From an uncultured Verrucomicrobiae bacterium (lineage in GTDB: Bacteria; Verrucomicrobiota; Verrucomicrobiia; Chthoniobacterales; UBA10450): a DNA stretch of 64,000 bases. Positions 57,646-64,000 of this stretch are shown here, one piece after another. The notes below the pieces were generated by a model. That model was not told where the DNA came from, made no database searches, and saw only the letters and a list, made by a program, of their open reading frames with translations. Made by a program: the position numbers and the translations under genes. The DNA lies in contig CAVYXA010000001.1 of the NCBI GenBank assembly GCA_963772365.1, forward strand, positions 1,216,001-1,280,000, in the 5' to 3' direction. How positions within the stretch are numbered: the first letter of the stretch is position 1; every line of letters begins with the position of its first letter.

Positions 57646-58974
57646 TTGTCTCGATTGAACGCAAAATTCATCTTGATTGGCAGCGGTTTGGCGGGCGGAT
57701 TGCTGGCCGCCTATCTGGGCCGGCGCGGATACGATGTCGATCTTTACGAGCGACGGAGCGACCCGCGCGAAGGCAACATCGTGGGTGGTCGCTCGATCAA
57801 TCTCGCGCTTTCCACCCGGGGAATTCATGCGCTCGAACAAATCGGCATTGCCAATGAAGTTTTGCGGCACGCGATTCCGATGCGGGGCCGAATGATTCAC
57901 GACAAATCGGGCGAGCTTCACTTCAGCTCCTACGATGTCGATCCAAACAAATGTATTAACTCGATAGGCCGGGCCGCGCTGAACACAACGGTGATCGAAG
58001 CGGCCCAGCGCTATCCAAATGTCCGTGTGCAATTCAACCACAAATGCATCGATGTCGACCTTGATGGACCGATGGCGAATTTGGAAACTTCGGCCGGCAA
58101 TGTCACAGCGCATGGCGACGCCGTGATCGGCGTCGATGGCGCATTTTCCGCCGTGCGCCAGTCGATGCAGCGCACGATTGACAATTTTCAACACGACGAG
58201 AGCTATCTGGCCCACGGCTACAAGGAACTCACGATTCCTCCGGCGCCGGATGGCTCGTGGCAAATGGAAAAGAACGCGCTCCACATCTGGCCGCGAAAAA
58301 GTTTCATGATGATTGCCCTGCCGAATCCGGATGGCTCGTTTACCTGCACGCTATTTTGGGAGTTTGAAGGACCGCGCAGTTTTGCCACCGTAAAGACCGA
58401 TGAAGATGTCCGCCGATTCTTCGATCAGGAGTTTCCCGATGCCGTCCCGCTCATGCCGACTTTACTGGACGATTTCCGCGAAAACCCAACCGGATCACTG
58501 GTGACAATCCGCTGCGGGCCATGGTTCTATCGCGACAAAGTTTGTTTGGTTGGCGATGCCGCGCATGCGGTCGTGCCGTTTTATGGGCAGGGAATGAATG
58601 CCGCGTTTGAAGATTGTGTCGTGCTCGACGAATGCCTGGCTAAATTTCCGCAGGATCGACAACGGGCCTTTACCGAATACTTCGACAAACGGAAAGAGAA
58701 CGCTGATGCGTTAGCTCATCTTGCGGTCGAAAATTTCATCGAGATGCGCGACAAAACCGCTTCACGCAGCTTTCGCGCAAAGAAGAAGCTCGATCATTTC
58801 CTCGAAGCCGCTCTTCCCGGAATTTACCTGCCGCTTTACACGATGGTCACGTTCACCCGCATTCCGTATTCCGCCGCGGCGAGTCGGGCGCAAAGGCAAG
58901 ACCGACTTGTTTACGGCACACTTGCTGTGCTAGTCCTCGCTGCGCTGATGATCCTCCTTGTAGCGGTTGTCTGA
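57646..58974 (+). CDS. kmo: kynurenine 3-monooxygenase
   Basis: GSGLAG, GRSINLALS.RG, YKEL, LHIWPR, MMIALPN.DGSFT, GDAAHA..PFYGQGMN. Confidence 0.92.
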   Translation: MSRLNAKFILIGSGLAGGLLAAYLGRRGYDVDLYERRSDPREGNIVGGRSINLALSTRGIHALEQIGIANEVLRHAIPMRGRMIHDKSGELHFSSYDVDPNKCINSIGRAALNTTVIEAAQRYPNVRVQFNHKCIDVDLDGPMANLETSAGNVTAHGDAVIGVDGAFSAVRQSMQRTIDNFQHDESYLAHGYKELTIPPAPDGSWQMEKNALHIWPRKSFMMIALPNPDGSFTCTLFWEFEGPRSFATVKTDEDVRRFFDQEFPDAVPLMPTLLDDFRENPTGSLVTIRCGPWFYRDKVCLVGDAAHAVVPFYGQGMNAAFEDCVVLDECLAKFPQDRQRAFTEYFDKRKENADALAHLAVENFIEMRDKTASRSFRAKKKLDHFLEAALPGIYLPLYTMVTFTRIPYSAAASRAQRQDRLVYGTLAVLVLAALMILLVAVV

Positions 58975-59041
58975 TCGGTTGCTGCCTTCAAACTTGACGC
59001 GTTGGATCAAGCGACATCACGCTAGGACTTTAGCCAAGAAC

Positions 59042-59614
59042 ATGATCGAGAAATTCTTTCTAGCTTTTATTCCGCTGTTTGTCGCTGTCGATCCGATCGG
59101 GCTTGTCGCCATTTTTATCGGTCTGGGCACAGGCGCGTCGCACGAACATCGAAAACACCAGGCGTTTCTCGGAATTTTTACCGGCTTGTGCGTGGCCGTC
59201 GGTTTCATTTTTCTCGGCAGAGCCATTTTCGCTGCCCTCGGAATCACGGTCGCAGATTTTCAGGTGGCGGGAGGATTAATCCTCCTGTTGCTGGCTGTAC
59301 GTGAGTTGGTCGACATTGGGCCGCACGATCGCGGCGGCAGCGATGAGTTCGGTGTCGTGCCGCTGGGCATGCCTCTCATTGCCGGACCGGCGCTGCTAAC
59401 TGCGTTGTTAATTTTGGTGGACACGGTCGGGCTGTTTTTCACGCTTTTGTCCCTGGTGATTAATCTCGCACTCGTGGCGGTCGCGCTCTGCAATGCTGAG
59501 CGATTCACGCGCTGGATGGGAAAACAGGGGCTGCGTGGTGTCTCGAAGATCATCGCCCTCCTGTTGGCCGCGATCGCCATCAGTCTGATTCGGCGCGGTT
59601 GGAAGGCGGGTTGA
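59042..59614 (+). CDS. MarC family membrane protein
   Basis: DPIG, FQVAGG, VPLGMPLIAGP. Confidence 0.9.
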   Translation: MIEKFFLAFIPLFVAVDPIGLVAIFIGLGTGASHEHRKHQAFLGIFTGLCVAVGFIFLGRAIFAALGITVADFQVAGGLILLLLAVRELVDIGPHDRGGSDEFGVVPLGMPLIAGPALLTALLILVDTVGLFFTLLSLVINLALVAVALCNAERFTRWMGKQGLRGVSKIIALLLAAIAISLIRRGWKAG

Positions 59615-59688
59615 GTTTCGGAAACCCGCAAATCCAAAGTCGCCGCGGCAATCGATTTAGAGTAGAAAATGGATCAGATCGCGGTCTA

Positions 59689-59716
59689 TTGACACCCGGT
59701 CACCCCTTGTTACTAT
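59689..59716 (+). promoter_or_regulatory. putative sigma70 promoter of hpnH-shc
   Basis: TTGACA-16 bp-TACTAT with TG extension, 10 nt before the ATG. Confidence 0.6.
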
Positions 59717-59726
59717 CCTCGCTCCT

Positions 59727-61034
59727 ATGAGATTTCCCCTCCAACTTACGGCTAAGATCGCAGGCTATATGATCGGCCATAAGCTCCGCGGCACCAAGAA
59801 GTTCGCTACCGTCCTGCAGCTCGAGCCGCTGCATACGTGCAACCTAACCTGCACCGGATGTGGCCGGATTCGGGAATACTCCACTTCGCTCAAGGATATG
59901 ATGAGCTTGGAGGATTGCCTCGGGGCAGCAAAGGAGTGTAACGCGCCGATGGTCTCGATTTGCGGCGGTGAACCGCTGATTTACCCCCATATTGAAGCGC
60001 TGGTGAACGGTCTGCTCGACCAGGCCCGGATCGTTTATATCTGCACCAATGCAATGTTCATGCGCAAAAAAATGCGCGACTGGATCGCGGCGGAATTGGC
60101 CAAAGCGCAAAACGGCAACGGCCAGAAATTACAAAACAAGATAGACATCCTGCTGGCCAAAGGATTGATCTCGGAAAAAGACGCAGCCGAAATTCGCAAA
60201 GGGCCGAAAGATCCAGCCAAACCAGCAATTGGTCCAAGCAAATGGATGTATTGGAATGTGCATCTCGACGGTCTGGAGCGAATTCACGATCTGATCGTCG
60301 AGCGCGAAGGGGTATTTAAGGAATGCATTCTAGCGATCAAGATGGCCAAGGTTCTCGGTTATCAGGTCGCAACTAATACGACCATCTACAAGGAAACCGA
60401 CATGCGAGAGGTCGAGCAGATGTTCGATTACCTCTCCGATCTCGGCGTTGACGGTCACACCATCTCGCCGGGTTATGAGTACGACGCAGCCAAGAAGGAC
60501 ATGATCAAACGGCTCAACCTGCTGCCGGAAAATTTCTTTCTCACCCGCAAAATGACGGTCGAAAAATTCGCCAATGTCGAAGAATGGATGAATCGCTATG
60601 CGTTTCTCGGAACGCCAATCTATTTTGAATTTCTGGCCGGCAAACGCGCCCTAACGTGTTCAGCGTGGGCCATCCCGACCCGTAATATCCGCGGCTGGAA
60701 AGGACCATGTTATCTGATGACTGACGCGCATTACTCGAGCTACGCGGAGCTGCTCGAGAAAGTGGAATGGGAAAAGTATGGCGTTGTCGATGGTGCGGCG
60801 CGCGATCCGCGCTGCGAGAATTGCATGGTCCACTGCGGCTACGAACCAACCGCGAGTCTCGGCTTGCAAGCGAAACGCGGCGACACCTGGAAGACAATTA
60901 AGTTTAATTTTGGATCAAAACCAAAACCGACAGGGCGCGGCAGCGAAACAATCGCGTTTAACGGCGTGAGCAGCGGGAACGGACACATCACCGGCAAACA
61001 CGCAGAGACCGACGGCACGGCTGCGCGAGCGTAG
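59727..61034 (+). CDS. hpnH: adenosyl-hopene transferase HpnH (radical SAM)
   Basis: LEPL..CNL.C.GCG.I, VS..GGEPL, W..PCYL, RDPRC.NCM.HCGYE; adjacent to shc. Confidence 0.88.
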   Translation: MRFPLQLTAKIAGYMIGHKLRGTKKFATVLQLEPLHTCNLTCTGCGRIREYSTSLKDMMSLEDCLGAAKECNAPMVSICGGEPLIYPHIEALVNGLLDQARIVYICTNAMFMRKKMRDWIAAELAKAQNGNGQKLQNKIDILLAKGLISEKDAAEIRKGPKDPAKPAIGPSKWMYWNVHLDGLERIHDLIVEREGVFKECILAIKMAKVLGYQVATNTTIYKETDMREVEQMFDYLSDLGVDGHTISPGYEYDAAKKDMIKRLNLLPENFFLTRKMTVEKFANVEEWMNRYAFLGTPIYFEFLAGKRALTCSAWAIPTRNIRGWKGPCYLMTDAHYSSYAELLEKVEWEKYGVVDGAARDPRCENCMVHCGYEPTASLGLQAKRGDTWKTIKFNFGSKPKPTGRGSETIAFNGVSSGNGHITGKHAETDGTAARA

Positions 61035-61061
61035 TTCTCGTCATGTCGTAAGATCGACATC

Positions 61062-63071
61062 GTGAAGCCACAGACCAGCAATCTCATTTCCTTGCGCGGT
61101 GCCGAACCCGAAGCTGCCAAGGCCGAGGAAATCGCGCGCGCCATTTCCTTCGCTCAGGAAAATCTGTTACGCCAGCAGCATGCTGATGGGCATTGGTGTG
61201 GCGAACTAATTGTCGATAGCACCCTTTGCTCGGACTTCGTCTTCTACATGCATTGGGATGGCGAAGTGGATGACCTGGTCCAGAAACGGTGCGTCCAGCA
61301 TATTCTGAAACGTCAACTTCCCGATGGCGGCTGGAACATTTATCACGGCGGGCCGAGCGAGATCAATGCGTCAGTGAAAGCGTATTTCGCGCTGAAACTT
61401 GCCGGTTATTCGGCCGATCTGCCGTTCATGGAGGCGGCGCGCGCGACGATTTTGCGCCTCGGCGGCATTCCGCGCCTGAACACTTTCAGCAAATTGTATC
61501 TCGCGCTGCTCGGCCAGTTTCCATGGAATTACCTCCCGACGATTCCCGTGGAAATGATCCTGCTTCCCACATGGGCGCCGTTTCACATTTACAAGATGTC
61601 ATCCTGGAGCCGGGCGATGATCGTGCCCCTGGCGATCATCAATCATTTTAAACCGACACGGCATCTTCCCGGTCTGAAACAGTTACATGAATTGTATCCG
61701 CTCGGAACCGAGCACGAGGATTTCAAGGTGCCGCGGGATGAGCGTTTCTTCACGTGGCGGAATTTCTTCCTGCGCAGCGATGATGTTCTCAAATTTATCG
61801 GCGGGCTGTTGAATAGTCCGATTCGGCGGGTCGCACTCGATGAAGCGGAACGCTGGATGACCGAGCGAATGGGCGAAGGCAGTGATGGTTTGGCCGCAGT
61901 TTATCCGGCGATGCTGAACTCGATGATCGCCCTGCGCGCGCTCGGTTACGCGAAGAACCATCCGCTGTTTGAAAAAGCGCGGAAAGATTTTGCCGGGCTC
62001 TTTGTCGATGATCCGGAAGATTTCCGGATTCAACCGTGTCTTTCGCCAGTCTGGGATACAGCAATCAACATTATCGCGCTGGTGGAGTCCGGTCTGTCGC
62101 CCGACGATCCGCGCTTGCGCAAGGCGGCTGATTGGTTGTTCGACAAAGAAGTGCGAATCCGAGGTGATTGGACCAAGAACAACCCGCATCCGGAAGCGAG
62201 CGGTTGGGCATTCGAATACAACAATGTTTATTACCCGGACGTAGATGACACCGCGATGGTATTGATGGCGTTGCGCCTCGTTGACCCGGAAAATCAATCC
62301 ACCTCCGCCGGGGTGGAACGCTTAACGAACGTTTTCGCGCGGGCGCTCCCATGGCACCTGAGTTTCCAATGTGGCGACGGCGGCTGGGCCGCGTTCGACA
62401 AAGATGTCACCACGTCCTGGCTCGAGGACATGCCGTTTGCCGATCACAACGCCATCCTCGATCCGACATGCAGCGATCTAACAGCCCGGACGCTTGAACT
62501 TTTCGGCTACATCGGTTTCGAACGAAATCACACGTCGGTAAAGCGCGCCCTGAAATATCTCATCAACACTCAGGAAAAAGATGGGTCGTGGTATGGCCGC
62601 TGGGGCGTCAATTACATTTACGGCACCTGGCAAGTCTTGCGGGGCCTGCGCGCGATCGGCGAGGACATGACACAAACATGGATTCTGCGCGGACGCGATT
62701 GGCTCGAAAGCTGTCAGAACGACGATGGCGGCTGGGGCGAAACCTGCGAGACATACGACAATCCTGCCGCAAAAGGCAAAGGCGAAAGTACCGCGTCGCA
62801 AACCGCATGGGCTGTCATGGGCATCTGTGCGTGTGGCGATCTCGACCGGCGCAGTATCCAGCGAGGACTTCGTTTCCTCCTGGATCGACAAAAGCCGGAT
62901 GGCTCGTGGGATGAATTAGAAATTACCGGCACCGGTTTCCCGAGAGTGTTTTACCTCAAGTACGATATGTACCGCCAAAATTTTCCCCTGCTCGCGTTCG
63001 CAACCTATCTCAATTACTGCAACGGGACCGATACCAAAGCAGGCTTTTACAGTTGGGGCGCCCGAGCGTAG
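61062..63071 (+). CDS. shc: squalene-hopene cyclase
   Basis: SPVWDT, YPDVDDTA, QW repeats, GRWGVNYIYGT, TGTGFP. Confidence 0.96.
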   Translation: MKPQTSNLISLRGAEPEAAKAEEIARAISFAQENLLRQQHADGHWCGELIVDSTLCSDFVFYMHWDGEVDDLVQKRCVQHILKRQLPDGGWNIYHGGPSEINASVKAYFALKLAGYSADLPFMEAARATILRLGGIPRLNTFSKLYLALLGQFPWNYLPTIPVEMILLPTWAPFHIYKMSSWSRAMIVPLAIINHFKPTRHLPGLKQLHELYPLGTEHEDFKVPRDERFFTWRNFFLRSDDVLKFIGGLLNSPIRRVALDEAERWMTERMGEGSDGLAAVYPAMLNSMIALRALGYAKNHPLFEKARKDFAGLFVDDPEDFRIQPCLSPVWDTAINIIALVESGLSPDDPRLRKAADWLFDKEVRIRGDWTKNNPHPEASGWAFEYNNVYYPDVDDTAMVLMALRLVDPENQSTSAGVERLTNVFARALPWHLSFQCGDGGWAAFDKDVTTSWLEDMPFADHNAILDPTCSDLTARTLELFGYIGFERNHTSVKRALKYLINTQEKDGSWYGRWGVNYIYGTWQVLRGLRAIGEDMTQTWILRGRDWLESCQNDDGGWGETCETYDNPAAKGKGESTASQTAWAVMGICACGDLDRRSIQRGLRFLLDRQKPDGSWDELEITGTGFPRVFYLKYDMYRQNFPLLAFATYLNYCNGTDTKAGFYSWGARA

Positions 63072-63247
63072 GGCCTGCACTGGATTTTCCAGATCCGTTT
63101 TGCCTGTCAGCTCACGGTACAGATCAGCGTCCGCAGAATTCGCGCCTGAGAAAAACAGCCATAGCTGGCGTAGTAAATACGACAGCTCTAAGGAGAGGTT
63201 TTGCCTTTGCAACGGAGGTTTGCCTTCGCTACCTTCGGGCCACAGTC

Positions 63248-64000
63248 ATGGGGAAGATGGTTTACCTGGTCCTAGCGTTCCTGCTCACGGCTGGGATCGT
63301 TCGAGCGGAAATCCAAACGCCCGGAGGGAACCCGATCGAAATTACTTCCACCGGGGAAACCACTTACGAGAACGGGTTGGCTACGGCTCGCGACAATGTC
63401 GCAATCCACATGGGCGATACCGATCTTTACTCCGATTACGCCCAGTACAATTCACAGACGCACGAAGTAATAGCCGAGGGAAACGTGCGTGTTTATCGAG
63501 ACATTAAACTGTACCTGGCGAACCGCGTCGTTTACAACACCGAGACCAAACAGATTTCGGCGATGGACACCCGGACGTCGTCGTTTCCTTATTTTGTCAG
63601 TGGCGAAAGGGTTAACGAGATCGGGACCACCAATGGTTATGTGATCCGGAACGGAAACTTTACGACTCAGGACTCAAGCCACCCGAACTTTCATCTCCGG
63701 GCGCGCACGATCCGGGTTTATGAAAACGATCGGGTAATTTTTTCCAATGTGACGTTTTACGTGGGCAAAGTTCCGATCATGTGGTGGCCGTACCTGTATC
63801 AGTCGCTGAACGACGCCTTCAGCTTCAGCGTCTCGCCGGCATTCCTGAGTTCGTGGGGTCCCTCGCTTTTGACCGAAGTTTTGTTCCCGATAACTGACAA
63901 AGCAAAAGGCCGGGTCCGGCTTGATTATCGCGGGCGCCGTGGTGTCGCGCTGGGGTTCGAATCGGACATTCACTACGGCAAAGAGGACGACAACGACACG
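63248..64000 (+). CDS. lptD: LPS-assembly protein LptD, runs off the right edge
   Basis: Not in the ORF track. Manual translation: signal peptide MGKMVYLVLAFLLTAGIVRA, OstA-like A.GNV, FTT.D, VTFYVGKVPIMWWPY. Confidence 0.8.
   Translation, partial: MGKMVYLVLAFLLTAGIVRAEIQTPGGNPIEITSTGETTYENGLATARDNVAIHMGDTDLYSDYAQYNSQTHEVIAEGNVRVYRDIKLYLANRVVYNTETKQISAMDTRTSSFPYFVSGERVNEIGTTNGYVIRNGNFTTQDSSHPNFHLRARTIRVYENDRVIFSNVTFYVGKVPIMWWPYLYQSLNDAFSFSVSPAFLSSWGPSLLTEVLFPITDKAKGRVRLDYRGRRGVALGFESDIHYGKEDDNDT

Noticed and set aside
63072..63247. Possible riboswitch or ncRNA between shc and lptD
   Set aside because: No recognisable family motif or convincing structure by eye.

Overview
GC-rich bacterial chromosomal segment. 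Gene content and repeat style suggest a soil Verrucomicrobiota (Chthoniobacterales-like) genome, which is an inference. Most of the window is housekeeping: ftsK-rodZ-like-rimO, trxA, rplS-rnhB-yraN, purL/purF/purM, two PilB/GspE ATPases with PilC and a pilin, dapF-dapA-dapB-folK-panB, kynU/kmo, hpnH-shc, a partial lptD, tRNA-Arg(CCG) and tRNA-Val(TAC). The main accessory feature is a complete sedentary integron (about 27.8-34.5 kb) with intI, a recognisable attI, five related attC sites and five cassettes. Cassette 1 encodes a HEPN-type RNase candidate. One attC is split by an IS110-family (IS1111-type) element. That element has a 305-nt structured 3' non-coding region, a candidate seek/bridge RNA with short matches to its own target and circle junction. 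The same attC also holds an unexplained insert of about 85 bp. The window also has two REP-associated Y1 transposases (RAYT), each flanked by its own REP family (one has an internal amber stop), and at least six palindromic repeat families. Several repeats sit in-frame inside ftsK and purL.
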